Shown: positions 1 through 12,620, counted from the stretch's first letter. The stretch: DNA of 64,000 bases from Octopus vulgaris (GCA_951406725.2 OX597818.1:130076001-130140000); one strand, 5' to 3'. Numbers and translations are program-made. The notes: a model not told the origin generated them from the letters alone.

Positions 1-920
1 AGAAAGAAAGAACTAGATAAAAGCATTAGATTCTTACAGGAACGAAATAGATTTGAAACTAGCATGATGTAACTTGATGTGTATATGTGTCACCATCAAT
101 TAGACTACATCCAAGTTACTGATTCAATTACCATGAACTAGCTGTAATCTGTGATTAGCTTAAGATAGAAAATAAGGCTTTAATCTATAAATGATGTTTA
201 TAACTTACTTCAAGGCTTTATGTAACAATACAGGACTGATAAGCTTCATATACATTACTGCTGGATGTTGTTGTAGTTAACAGTGGTGAAAAGACATTAA
301 AAGCTTTATACAATACTACTATATAGAACTGATCGGCTTCTCTTTACCATAAATAAGATCGTTTTTAAAGTTTCTTTTCCTATGTTGGTGTGGGTTAGAA
401 TTCTCTACAGCTTCCTCGGGCAATTGTTTTGATCCAGTATCATTAGTTTTTAATCGTATCTTTTTGCCAAGAGGAAAGGGTAATGGTCATGACCCTTTAT
501 CTCAGACCTCTGAGATTGATGGAAAAGAAGGATGGATGGAGGGACTCTAACCCCACAAACTGGGAACCAGACCTGAATGCTTGCAATAGAGTAGGCTTTT
601 ATGAAAGCCCCCACCCCATGGATCAGGTGGGAGTGTTAAACATGGGTGGTAGACTAAGTCTACAACCCAAGTAGGCTATGATAGGTTTTGAACTTGAAAT
701 GCAATGCATTAGAATGAGTACTACAATGTTTCCAGTGGGGTGTTTTTACAGTCTTGCCAATCCAACAGACCGCAGTGAGATTTGAACTTGGAGTGCAGAG
801 GGTTAGAACAAATAGTGTGCACTACTCTATCTGATGCTGTAGCAACTGCCAATTTAAGGGTTGTGAATTGAAAGAGTTGTTTACACGTCACTCATGAGGT
901 CCGACATCCAGAGATCTGTT

Positions 921-1335
921 TCTCTTTTACTTGTTTCAGTCATTTGACAGTGGCCATGCTGGAGCACCACCTTTAGTCAAGCAAATTGTCCTCAGGACTT
1001 ATTCTTTGTAAGCCTTGAAAGGTTTTAGATGAACAAATTGACCCCAGGACTTATTTTAAACCTAGTACTTATTCTATTGGTCTCTTTTGCTGAACCGCTA
1101 AGTTATGGGGATGTAAACACACCAGCATTGGTTGTCAAGCAATATTGGGGGACAAACACGGGCATACAAACACACACATATATACACATACATATACATA
1201 CATATGACGGGCTTTTTTCAGTTTCAGTTTACCAAATCCACTCACACGGCTTTGGTCAGCCCGAGGCTATAGTAGAAGGCATGCCCAAGTTGCCATGCAG
1301 TGGGACTGAACCCGGAACCGTGTGGTTGGTAAGCA
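921..1335 (-). mobile_element. tRNA-derived SINE family A (CORE-like), with small internal duplication
   Basis: Reverse complement of the ~400 bp family seen at 20535-20930: head GTGGCTGTGTGGTAAG..GGTTCAGTCCC, CCTTGGGCAAGTGTCT, tail (GTAAAAGA)n. Confidence 0.85.
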
Positions 1336-2429
1336 AGTCTACTCTTTATAATTAACTTGTGCTTAAATAAGATCTTAGCATTACTTGTCACCTGATCCAA
1401 ACAACAAAGGGTTTAGGGATCTGAGTTTGTTGTTTATGAGATCAGAAAAATAACAGATAGTGTTACTATCCAATTCGCAAAATATTTTTGACAGGGGCTG
1501 TGAGGAAAACTCTTATATGCAAGATTTTCTTCTCTTGTATCAAGAATAAATGGAGGAGGAGGAGGAAGGGGAAGAGGATTACGGTGGTGGTAATGATGTT
1601 GATAATGATGCTGTTGATGGTGCTGGTGGAGGGGGTGTTAATGATGAGGCATTTATGATGGTGGTGGTGATAATAATAATGCTGATGATGATGAAGATGA
1701 CGGTGGTGATGATGATATACAATGAGTGAGGAACAGGAAAGGACTATGAACAAGATTGCAACCAAGAAACTATAAACTAAAATACATGGTGTGAAGCGGA
1801 CATTCCAAACATCCAGAGTGAGTGGATGTAGGAATAAATTCACAATTACTATTAATTTATAATAGCATCCTTTACAGTCCAACCTACACCAAGAAGTTAT
1901 TAACTGAATTTTCTTACCCCTTACCCACACTATTTTTAAGGAAACACTACAATCAAGGGTCATTCACACATTTAGTAAAACCATAATATAATAGTTTCTT
2001 TTACTAAGTAAGAATGTGTACGTAGGTGCGTCCATGAAAAAGCCATATTAGGTCAGTCTTTAAATGCTAAATTATTTTTAGCTTCGAAAGAAAACATAAA
2101 TTGACTTTAATGTGAAAAAAAAAAAAAAAAACTCGGGATACAAACTGGAAATGTCTTAAAAAAAACAAAAAAAAATATTTGGTGGGGTTTTATTTTAATA
2201 TTGTTTGGTTTCTTTTTGACACTTCCCCTACCTTCTCACTTCCCTTATTTAGGGAAGAGGTGGTTAGTTATGTTTGGTCATTGTTTCCCCGACATCAAAA
2301 TTTAGGAGATGAAAGTGAAAATAAAGCAAAATACCATGTATGGTGGTGGTGGTGGTGGTGGTGGATGGTTCCTTAGGAAGGGATTTGTTTTGGTCTTTTA
2401 AAATTACTTTTTTGTTTTTAAATCTACAG

Positions 2430-2465
2430 CGCTTGGAGTCAAATAAATTTGAAAGACCAGTTTAA
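2430..2465 (+). CDS. candidate alternative terminal exon (phase 0: RLESNKFERPV*)
   Basis: T-rich tract + CTACAG acceptor at 2424-2429 in non-repeat sequence. Phase is unknown and no homology is recognised. Confidence 0.25.
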   Translation, partial: RLESNKFERPV

Positions 2466-2765
2466 TATTTCTTTGAATCAATATTTGATAAAATACTGGA
2501 ATGGTCGACAGTTTAATTGTAGTAAAATACACACGTACACTACCATATTGGAAGAGGGGGAGGGAAAGGAAAAAGAGACAGATAGAAAATGAGAAAGCAA
2601 AATCGCCAAGAGATAAGATAGAGGATGTTTAGAAATTAGGGCAGAATAACCGTTAAGTAAGTAAATAGCTAAGAAAGAAAATATAAAAAAAACAAACAAA
2701 ATAAATATTACAAAAAATTTTGTCTCAAATTTTATAAAATAATAATAACAATAATAATAATAATG

Positions 2766-2797
<32 letters not shown>

Positions 2798-3022
2798 TAT
2801 TATTATTATTATTATTATTATTATGTTGAGTATAATTTTTATTTTTTACAAATATAATTTTGAATTTTGAATTTAATGCTTCTGTTCATGTTTAGCCATG
2901 TGTGTATTTGTCAAAGCAGGCAGGACATTGTATCTTTAAATCTCCAAATGCTCACTGTATTTCTCTCTCTCTCTCTCTCTTTTTTTTTTTTACCCTTAAT
3001 GATGTTTTCTTTCCTCTTTTAG

Positions 3023-3061
3023 GGAGCTGAAGTAGTCAAGGGGACGACTTTTCACAACTGA
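3023..3061 (+). CDS. candidate alternative terminal exon (phase 0: GAEVVKGTTFHN*)
   Basis: Long polypyrimidine tract ending TTCCTCTTTTAG at 3022. Phase is unknown. Confidence 0.3.
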   Translation, partial: GAEVVKGTTFHN

Positions 3062-3080
3062 TAACATTCTATATAAGGGC

Positions 3081-3929
3081 ATGTATGCAGAAGTCCCTAA
3101 CAAAAATGAATTTTGACATTAAAAGAAAGAGAGAGATAGGTAGAGAAGAGGAGTGAAGAGAAGAGAGTGCAAAAGACTTACAATATTTCAAGACAAAGCC
3201 TGTATATTTATTTTACTACAAATATGGTTAATATTCTACCTAGACGTATTGAATTAAACTAACTACACAAATTATTCTAAGCAGAACAGTTGTTTTATTT
3301 GCCTAAATCAAAACTAATTTCAATATTAGTAGCAAGAATTTCGCTTATGTCTTTCATAGAGTTTCCTTGTAAAATGTATGCCTAAGTCCCTTCCAAAAAT
3401 GAATTTTGATATTAAAAGAAAGAAATTAGCAGAGAAGAGTGAAGAGAAATGAAAGTAAGAGATTTAAAATATTTCAAGACAGCCTGTATATTTATTTTAC
3501 CACAAATATAATTAATACTTTATCCTAGACAGATTGAATTAGAATTACTACAAAAACTATTCTAGGCATAGGAGTGGCTGTGTGGCAAGTAGCTTGCTTA
3601 CCAACCACATGGTTCCGGGTTCAGTCCCACTGTGCAGCACATTGGGTAAGTGTCTTCTACTACAGCCTCGAGCCAACCAAAGCCTTGTGAGTGGATTTGG
3701 TAGACGGAAACTGAAAGAAGCCTGTCGTATATATGTATATATATGTATGTGTGTGTATACGTTTGTGTGTCTGTGTTTGTCACCCCAACATCACTTGACA
3801 ACTGATGCTGGTGTGTTTACATCCCTGTCACTTAGCGGTTCGGCAAAAGAGACCGACAGAATAAGTACTGGGCTTACAAAAGAATAAGTCCCGGGGTCGA
3901 GTTGCTAGATTAAAGGCAAACTAATTTCA
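3081..3929. repeat. old local tandem duplication (~295 bp period), second copy interrupted by a SINE
   Basis: 3081-3323 aligns with 3376-3568 plus 3918-3929 (AAGTCCCT..CAAAAATGAATTTTGA, TATTTCAAGACA, AAACTAATTTCA). Confidence 0.8.
3566..3917 (+). mobile_element. SINE family A, 3' truncated
   Basis: Pol III A/B-box-like head and family A body. Confidence 0.9.
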
Positions 3930-4175
3930 GGATTCATTATTCACCAAGTTTAAAATCTTATAAATATGCTTTTACTGTTCCTTCATTGAAACTTAACTCA
4001 AACCTTTATTGACAAGCAAATAGATGACAGATAGAAAGGCCATACATTAATGGATTGATATGTAGATAGATAGATGGAAAGATAGTTAAAAAGTTAGGAA
4101 GACAGATATATAAATTGTTAGATAGATTGATCAATACATAGATAGATAGATAGATAAAGATAGATAAAGATAGAT

Positions 4176-4206
<31 letters not shown>

Positions 4207-5030
4207 GAAGGGTGTGTGAGAGAAAGGAAAAGAGAAAGAAAGATAGACTGATTAACTAATTGATAAATAAATACATAAACGAGGTATTACACTGGTAGGT
4301 AAAGACAGATAATATAATTTTATTTTTTATTTCTATTTCCAACAAGAATGAAAGGAGAACAAAGCATGTCAGTTTGAAGATGAGAATGGCTTTTTGTAAG
4401 GGTAAAATGACAAAGGTAAATATCTGGAAAGAATACAGTCAAAATATAAGACAGTTTCAAAGTGAATCATATTTTTCATGAAGAGTGTCTGCAGCAGGAA
4501 AAGAAAAAATGACACATACCATAGACCATGAAGTTTGCTCTGACAATGAAATAATGGATAAGCAAAATACACGGGGCTGAAAGTATATTCGGCTGAGGTG
4601 CTTCAATATCATTTGATGAACCTATCCAACAAATTCTGCAGCCATCCAGGAGCCAAATGCATTTCTCAGTGTACATCAAGATTATGTAAGCAACAATGTA
4701 TAGGAATGCTGAAGAGATACATGAAGATGAATGAATGAATGATTACATATAAATGTGTCACTTTCAAATCAAACCTTCATCAGTTCATAGCATGGTGTTG
4801 CACATCATAGTATCAACTGATCATGTGAGGGAGTGCATATTTGAGCAAGTGTGTATATGAGCATATTGTTATAAGTACACACACATGTATGTATGTTTAT
4901 ATATATATATGCACTAGTATTTAGCTACAAATTCTGCATTCAGTCTCTTTGAACTTGTTAATGTGCAACTTTGTATTTCATTGCATAGCACATAACAGTA
5001 ACATAGCCTGTATGTATGTGTGTGTATGTA

Positions 5031-5275
5031 GGTATTTCCTGGAAAGTTCCGAGGATTTGGGATTTCCTGGAAAATTCCGAGGATTTCCTGGGAAGTTCTG
5101 AGGATTTTGTGAACTTCCGGCGAGTTCCGAGGGTGGGACTTCTTGGAAAGTTCCGATGATTTGGAGACTTCCTGGAAAGTTCCGAAGGTGGGACTTCCTT
5201 AAAAGTTCCGAGGATTTGGGACTTTCTGAAAAATTCCGATGGTGGGACTTCCTGGAAAGTCCCGAGGGTTTCCAG
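5031..5275. repeat. GC-richer minisatellite, ~27-30 bp quasi-palindromic units (GGGACTTCCTGGAAAGTTCCGA)
   Basis: About 9 degenerate copies, with alternating GGATTT and (A/G/T)GGT linkers. Confidence 0.9.
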
Positions 5276-5496
5276 CAAAGTGGTACTGAAACTAAAACAA
5301 CATGGCTGCAAAGTGAGTTGCATAACTACACAGCTAAGCATGTGAATGCTTAAGGTAATTGACCTGAAACCGCTATGATATTTTGCATCTTTGAGTAAAG
5401 GGGAAAATATTCCATGTATCATGTCATTGGCTAAATTCTCATCCATTTAGTTTTTGTCTACTCTGCTTTCATCTAGTATTCTTTCTGTTCAACCCT

Positions 5497-5795
5497 GTGT
5501 GGTAAGTAGCTTGCATACTAACCACATGGTTCTGGATTAATTCCCACTGCATGGCATCTTGGGTAAGTGTCTTCTACTATAGCCTCGTGAGTAGCTTTGG
5601 TAGATGGAAACTGAAAGAAGCCCTTCGTATATATGCATATATATATCTGTTTGTGTATGCTTGCGTGTCTGTGTCTGTCCCCCTAGCATTGCTTGACAAC
5701 CGATGCTGGTGTGTTTATGTCCCCATCACTTAGCAATTCAGCAAAAGAGACTGATAGAATAAGTACTAGGCTTACAACATTCTTATTTAAGAATA

Positions 5796-5844
<49 letters not shown>

Positions 5845-6449
5845 TTGGTATAAATACACACACACACAGACATATATATATATATATATATATATATAGG
5901 CGCAGGAGAGGCTGTGTGGTAAGTAACTTGCTTACCAGCCACATGGTTCCGGGTTCAGTCCCACTGCGTGGTATCTTGGGCAAGTGTCTTCTGCTATAGC
6001 CCCAGGCCAACCAATGCCTTGTGAGTGGATTTGTTAGATGGAAACTGAAAGAAGCCTGTCATATATATGTATGTGTGTGTATATGTTTGTGTGTCTGTGT
6101 TTGTCCCCCTAGCATTGCTTGACAACCAATGCTGGTGTGTTTACGTCCCTGTAACTTAGCGGTTCGGCAAAAGACACCGATAGAATAAGTACTGGGCTTA
6201 CAAAAGAATAAGTCCCGGGTTCGAGTTGCTCAATTAAAGGCGGTGCTCCAGCATGGCCACAGTCAAATGACTGAAACATGTAAAAGAGAGTAAAGAGTGG
6301 CTGTGTGGTAAGTAGCTTGCTAACCAACCACATGGTTCCGGGTTCAATCTCACTGCGTGGCATCTTGGGCAAGTGTCTTCTACTATAGCCCCGGGACAAC
6401 CAATGCCTTGTGAGTGGATTTGGTAGATGGAAACTGAAAGAAGCCTGTC

Positions 6450-6493
<44 letters not shown>

Positions 6494-6717
6494 CTATATG
6501 TTTGTGTGTCTGTGTTTGTCCCTCTAGCATTGCTTGACAACTGATGCTTGTGTGTTTACGTCCCCGTCACCTAGCGGTTCGGCAAAAGAGACTGATAGAA
6601 TAAGTACTGGGCTTCCAAAGAATAAGTCCCGGGGTTGATTTGCTCGACTAAAGGCGGTGCTCCAGCATGGCCGCAGTCAAATGACTGAAACAAGTAAAAG
6701 AGTAAAGAGTAAAGAGC
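5497..6717 (+). mobile_element. three tandem SINE family A copies (5497-5785 partial, 5896-6296, 6294-6717)
   Basis: Repeated head, body and tail of family A. Confidence 0.9.
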
Positions 6718-7029
6718 ATGTTTGTGTGTGTGTGTGTGTCTATATATGCATGTAAGTTGTATGTATGTTTAAAACATTGTATGAAAATATCCTAACAATA
6801 AGTCAAATGATATATGGAGTGAGACTTTCCCCAACCCTGACATGTGTGTGTGCGCGCCTGCAATAAACCTAGGTAAAAGTACATGTGTATGTGTGTGTGT
6901 GTGTGCATGTGTGTGCGTGTCTGTGCATGCATGTGACAGTGTGAGTATGTTGCTGTGTATCTAATCTCGAAGTAAACCAGTAACAAATGAATGAATTATA
7001 TGTCAGCAGTGTGGTTTTGTGAACGTATG

Positions 7030-7082
<53 letters not shown>

Positions 7083-7520
7083 CTATGAAGTATTATCTAT
7101 CTTTTATTAGTGAACTGACATAATATATTGAAATATATGTGAATATGTGTGCCTGCTGCACTAATGCACACACACACACTCACACGCAATAAAAAACATA
7201 CATGTGTATATGTGTGAATGTGCATGCATGTCTGTGAAGCAAGTACAAAAGAAATGATATATGTACTTAATTGTTTTACTACACACACACACACACATAC
7301 ACACACACACACTCATACACACATAGACGTTTACATTTGCGTGTGTAAGTGTGTTTGTATAAAAATGATTAATGAAAGAATAGTTTTACGTCTGCAGATA
7401 GTTTACATATACGCACACACATATATACAGGCATATTATGTGTATATGTGTATATGTAAATAAACACACACACACACACACACACACGCATACAAATATT
7501 TTCATATATACAAACACACA

Positions 7521-7679
7521 CAAGCGTGGCTGTGTGGTAAAAAGCTTGCTTCCCAACTACATGGTTTTCGGTTCAGTCCCACTGCATGGCACCTTAGGCA
7601 AGTGTCTTCTGCTATAGCCTCAGGCTGACCAAAGCCATGTGAGTGGATTTGGTAGACAGAAACTGAAAGAAGAATGTCG

Positions 7680-7734
<55 letters not shown>

Positions 7735-7905
7735 CTGTGTCTGTGTTTGTATCCCCAATGTTGCTTGACAACCGATGTTGGTGTGTTCAGCAAAAGTGAC
7801 CAATAAAATAAGAGCTAGGTTTAGAATGAATAAGTCCTGGGGTCAATTTGTTCAACTAAAGGCGGTGCTCCAGCATGGCCACAGTCAAATAAAAGAATAA
7901 AAGAA
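7521..7905 (+). mobile_element. SINE family A
   Basis: Family A head and tail. Confidence 0.85.
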
Positions 7906-8019
7906 TGCATATATTTATATATATACACACACACATATATCAGTTTATCTGCATGCCAGGTTCTTATTATATAGCACATACACGCATACATACATATTGA
8001 TATGAACATCATTATTCCC

Positions 8020-8203
8020 ATGATGGTAAATTTTTTTAAAATCGTAGTCTCATCGTAGACGCGCGCTAATACCCAGAAGGGCTCGATATGAATCACGACT
8101 ATAAGATACCCGGTTTTGGTTAAACTGCACCGCAAAATGTGGGGGTAGTTAGGAATCTAAATCGTAGGAGACAGACACACAACTTCACTTTTATATATAA
8201 AGA
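8020..8203 (-). mobile_element. probable non-autonomous Helitron 5' end
   Basis: Minus strand begins A|TCTTTATATATAAAAGTGAAGTTGTGTGTCTGTC, typical of 5' termini of non-autonomous invertebrate Helitrons. CpG-rich. No 3' CTAG/hairpin seen. Confidence 0.45.
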
Positions 8204-8591
8204 TATACCATTGAACAGTGTCATTGTGAAGACATGAAAACACACATACACAACAGGCTTCCATAAAGTTTCTGTTGATTAATTTCCATCACAAGTACTT
8301 GACCTCAGATTATAGTGGAAGACACTTGTTTCAGATGTCACACACACACTGGCATGACCAAATTTCATATCAGTAGGTCAAAATAGTGTCCCATCAGCTC
8401 ACATCTTACAAATCTTCAGAGTCTGATGGGTCATGAAATGAAAATGTATCCCATCTTCAGTAATCAAGCTAGATCAGCAAGAGTAAAATATTGTATAACC
8501 TACTTCATTATAAACCTGCTCTTGAGTTCTCCAATTCAATATCTTAGTTTGTGTCCCAATCAACAAACACTGTTTCCCATATGCATACATA

Positions 8592-8810
8592 TCATCATCA
8601 TCATTTAGCCTCCGCTTTCCATGCTAGCATGGGTTGGACGGTTCAACTGGGGGTCTGTGAAGCCAGAAAAGGATGCATCAGGCCCAGTCTGATCTGGCAG
8701 TGTTTCTACGGCTGGATGCCCTTCCTAACGCCAACCACTCCGTGAGTGTAGTGGGTGCTTTTTACGTGCCACCCGCACAGGTGCCAGACGGAGCTGGTAA
8801 CCTGCCAGAC
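8592..8810 (-). mobile_element. RTE-LINE-related 3' tail element with (GAT)n tail
   Basis: Matches the 3' end of the RTE at 41550-41690 (GGATGCCCTTCCTAACGCCAACCACT, CCATGCTAGCATGG). Confidence 0.8.
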
Positions 8811-8833
8811 AGATATATATATATATACTTTTA

Positions 8834-8991
8834 TTATTGAAGCTGAAAAAGCATCCCACAAAAGTCTGACTCAGAATTTCACATTCCCGTTTGTCAAACT
8901 GTTGTGATCAGCCATGAGCACAATCGTCTGATGAACAGGAATGTGAAACTCTGAATTACAGTTTTTTGTGATGTTTTTTCAGCTTTAATAA
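8834..8991. repeat. fold-back module with hammerhead-like core (CTGATGA 8928-8934, GAAAC 8945-8949)
   Basis: Inverted arms TTATTGAAGCTGAAAAA / TTTTTCAGCTTTAATAA and TCAGAATTTCACATTCC / GGAATGTGAAACTCTGA. Flanked by (TA)n. Confidence 0.65.
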
Positions 8992-9076
8992 AAAACGACA
9001 TATTACTCTACTTTTGATATTTGAGTACTATTTCTTCCACCCAGTTTTGCATTTATGTGCTTACTTGTATGTGTGA

Positions 9077-9116
<40 letters not shown>

Positions 9117-9185
9117 CCATGTTGATTCGTTAGCTACTGCACGCATTTTTTTCTCCTTCTTTCTGTGTTTTTCTCTCTCTGTGTA

Positions 9186-9223
9186 TCTTTCTGTTGAAGA
9201 GCGTAGGCTCGAAACGTTAAAGA
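9186..9223 (+). ncRNA. minimal type I hammerhead-like motif (family H1, CUGUUGA variant) in a TA-embedded module 9116-9321
   Basis: TCTTT-CTGTTGA-A-GAGC-GTAG-GCTC-GAAAC-GTT-AAAGA. Stems I and II pair; stem III is the palindrome ACGT. Confidence 0.65.
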
Positions 9224-9359
9224 CTTGTTTTATTTATATTTCCTGAGCGCCATACTAATACAATTGTTCATTTGTTTTCCACCTGCCTTCGTCTTTTGTT
9301 TATTTTCATAAAGCTTCCCGTTATATATATATATATATATGTGTATAAAAATTATATAT

Positions 9360-9620
9360 AAAAAATACAAAATGGGACAAGAACGCAAAAAACATGAAGA
9401 GACGACACAAAGAACGGACGGGTCATTCGAAGCCTCTAATCTTCAGTCAGGAACTGGATTGTCCTAGCAAATTTCGGCTAATTAATCCTGATATCGCTGC
9501 GAGCATTAGATTTCTTGGAAAAAGATGCCACACGAATATAAATACAAAAAACAAAAGTAAAATTAAAAACAAGAATGGTAATAACGGGACAAAAACAGCA
9601 GGTGTCCTACGACTTTAGAC
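9360..9620. mobile_element. TA-embedded non-coding module family H2 (related copies at 9804-9945 and 34794-35060)
   Basis: Shares GAGCATTAGATTTCTTGGAAAAAGA and GAATATAAATACAAAAAA with the 34794-35060 copy, and GGACAAGAACGCAAA with 9819. Confidence 0.65.
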
Positions 9621-9962
9621 AATATATATATACATATGTGAATATATACACATGCACATACATATGGATATAAATATATGTACATACACATACATGGATA
9701 CATAAATATATATACATACACATACATATATAAATATACATACATACATACATACATACATACATACATACATACATACATACATAAATACATACATACA
9801 TATAAAGGAATACAAAAAAAATGGACAAGAACGCAAATGATTCAGAGACAAGCCATATCAAGATATCTACAGAATCAGGAATGTGAGAGCACCATGATTT
9901 CACTGCAAGCAAAAGACCCTCACAATGTTCAATGCCATTCCCTGAATATATATATCCATACA

Positions 9963-10079
9963 TTGGCCTGCTCGCTTAGGCAGTGGGGTGGCGTCATTCG
10001 AAGGCTAAAACAATGCGAACGCATTCTGACCAGCGATGTGTAACTACATCTGATGGGCTGGTCGGTCACGTGATCACGT
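9963..10079 (+). mobile_element. 3' part of SINE family C2
   Basis: Matches 34089-34205; ends in TCACGTGATCACGT. Confidence 0.75.
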
Positions 10080-10920
10080 AATATACATACATATATACAC
10101 ATATATATACATATATATATATATACATACATATATATACATATATATATATACATACATATATATAATTATATATATACAAACATATACATACATATAT
10201 ATACATATATATATATACATACATATATATGAAAATAAAAATATATATATATATACATACATACATACATACATACACACACAGAGGGATGGACAAAAAG
10301 AAGAAACAGTACTACGTTTATATATGTATGTGTGTGACTCAGCGTACCCAGTGACTGAGAAAATTATGGGTCAGTGTTTATATATATACATATATATATA
10401 TATGTGTGTATGTATGTATGTATGTATGTTACTACTGTATTTAAATGTGTGCGTGTGGTAAGTTTGTGGAGTAAAGACATTTCTGGGTTAAGCAGTGCAA
10501 GTGTATATAGAGGTGTTGGTCCAGGAATGAATAGATTATTTGCATTAATCAATGTGTTTAGGTTGTTGTGAGCATCAATTATGCTATGCATACATTAATA
10601 AATATGTTTGCTTAGGTACATATGTTTTATTGATGTATTACTGTACGTTTGTGAAGGCATCTATACATCGGTGTACATATATGTGCATATGTGTGTGTGT
10701 GTATATAGATATATATATATATATATGTATATACATATAAGTATAAGCATAGAGAGAGAGAAATAGAGAGAGAGAAGGGAGAGAGAATGAGAGAGATAAA
10801 CATTTATTTTCATACTTATGGAAATGCATTTAATTATGCATGCATGTATTAGTGTTCGTGTACATGTGTTTGTGTATATGCATGTATGTATATGTTTGTA
10901 TATATATAATTATATTTATG

Positions 10921-10964
<44 letters not shown>

Positions 10965-11008
10965 CATACATATATATATATACACACACATACATACACA
11001 CATGTGTT

Positions 11009-11046
<38 letters not shown>

Positions 11047-11089
11047 CAAATGAAAGATGGAAGATGGAATATACAAGAATTTATTATTA

Positions 11090-11195
11090 ATCATGACAAT
11101 TGTTTCAACATATCTAGCATTGATCCCTCATGGATGGGATACTCAACAACTGGTTCAGAAGCATCCTGTGGTGCAGATGTATCTCGTCAGGAGAT
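11090..11195 (-). ncRNA. hammerhead ribozyme-like motif with long stem II
   Basis: CTGACGA-GATACATCT...AGATATGTT-GAAAC-AATT-GTC. Stem III is the palindrome ACAATTGT; stem I is partly decayed. Confidence 0.65.
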
Positions 11196-11619
11196 AAACA
11201 GATACAACTCGTTAACATAACAGTTCCACAATGTAACTTCTTGTTTTGTAGAGAGAAAAGTAGCCAGGCAGAGGAAATATCTTCATTTATGTAGAAGATC
11301 AAAAATAAAATCAAAGATGGAAAAAAAGAGAAACGAACATGTAATCCAACGAGAAAAGTATTAAAAATAAGCGTTAACAAATATGGATGTGTAAATACCC
11401 TCCGGCAAGCTGCATGGCATGAGTACACTCGCTCATACAAGCATCCGTGAAAATATGAGCATATGCACATATGAGGTTTGGTGCACTCATGATCACAAAG
11501 TGAGTTAACTATCTACTTGGTGTTTGTAAGAATTTTGAAGGTTAAAAGTAAGCTTAAGTCATCCATACCTTAAAGTAAATCAAATTATGTTAATGGGGAC
11601 TCAAAATTGATTCCCACTG

Positions 11620-12460
11620 CATTGTGCAAAAGTACATTTATGGAAGCACTCCGTCGGTTACGACGATGAGGGTTCCGGTTGATCCGAATCAATGGAACAG
11701 CCTGCTCGTGATATTAACGTGTAAGTGGCTGAGCACTCCACAGACACGTGTACCCTTAACGTAGTTCTCGGGGATATTCAGCGTGACACAGAGAGTGACA
11801 AGGCTGGCCCTTTGAAATACAGGTACAACAGAAACAGGAAGTAAGAGTGAGAGAAAGTTGTGGTGAAAGAGTACAGCAGGGATCACCACCATCCCTGCCG
11901 GAGCCTCGTGGAGCTTTTGGTGTTTTCGCTCAATAAACACTCACAACGCCCGGTCTGGGAATCGAAATCACGATCGTATGATCGCGAGTCTGCTGCCCTA
12001 ACCACTGGGCCATTGCGCCTCCACATTTATATGCATGTAGGTATCTCAAGAATCTTTCAGAAATTCTGTTAATGATCTTCTCATTATCCTACAGAATAGA
12101 CAGAGATTCCTCAGAGCATCTCCTGGAAATTATATTGTATGGTTTCCCGTGACTTACTATGAATCAAGTTATGCTGTACTTCATTTTATACTCCTTCAGT
12201 CACCATACAAAATCTGCCAAAGATGTTGAATGTCTCTTATTGATTGTCTTAAAGCTGGTGACATGATTACAACAATGATTCTTAAATGAACCAGCTGTCT
12301 GCCGATTGTAAACATATGGCCTTCCCCTTGTGTGCACAGTACATTTATACATAAGATTTGTACTCATACAGAGATTCATCAAAGAACATTTTGAATTTTC
12401 TCTGCATGAGCATTTATCGCATATATTTGTATATAAGGCAATTCCAACTCCATTTACCAA
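11620..12460 (-). pseudogene. PLE GIY-YIG endonuclease remnant
   Basis: Translates KCSCRENSKCSLMNLCMSTNLMYKCTV..YVYNRQT..FKNHCCNHVTSFK..HSTSLADFVW*LKE..SIT*FIV..KPY..RRC..KIINR..YLH. This fits the PLE CxC..C..C-IIY..YIG..F..H..SF..W..W..PY..C..LN pattern. Contains stops and a SINE insertion. Confidence 0.75.
11642..12023 (-). mobile_element. tRNA-derived SINE family C1
   Basis: Head GTGGAGGCGCAATGGCCCAGTGGTTAGG..TTCGATTCCC. Flanking repeat CATTTAT at 11635-11641 and 12024-12030. Confidence 0.9.
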
Positions 12461-12620
12461 TGTTGTTACTGTGTTAGCTGTATCATAAGTATTTCTACTA
12501 CTACAATTTGGTCATAATTGGTGTATATCATAGTGGTTTACATTTTCTTGGTTGGTATTTAGATGCATATGTTAGCTAGATCCAGTAGGTGGGTTATTGA
12601 AAGAAGCCTGTTGTATATAA

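Larger units (their letters stand above)
11044..12600 (-). mobile_element. decayed Penelope-like retroelement: GIY-YIG remnant + 3' region with HHR, interrupted by a SINE
   Basis: See the pseudogene at 11620-12460 and the HHR at 11090-11195. AATAAA follows the HHR, and the element ends in (TA)n. Confidence 0.75.

Noticed and set aside
2737-2824. (AAT)n-(ATT)n hairpin
   Set aside because: Simple juxtaposed microsatellites, common in such genomes.
3582-3887. recurrent ORFs with 'LLSVSVYQIHS' or 'RRHLPK' peptides
   Set aside because: Translations of SINE family A copies.
4958-5446. 162 aa repetitive ORF / CRISPR-like look
   Set aside because: Minisatellite; linkers are repeated rather than unique, no cas genes, eukaryotic context.
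10364-10591. MHSIIDAHN resembling the PLE pre-endonuclease motif
   Set aside because: Too short, and the upstream frame is closed; insufficient evidence.
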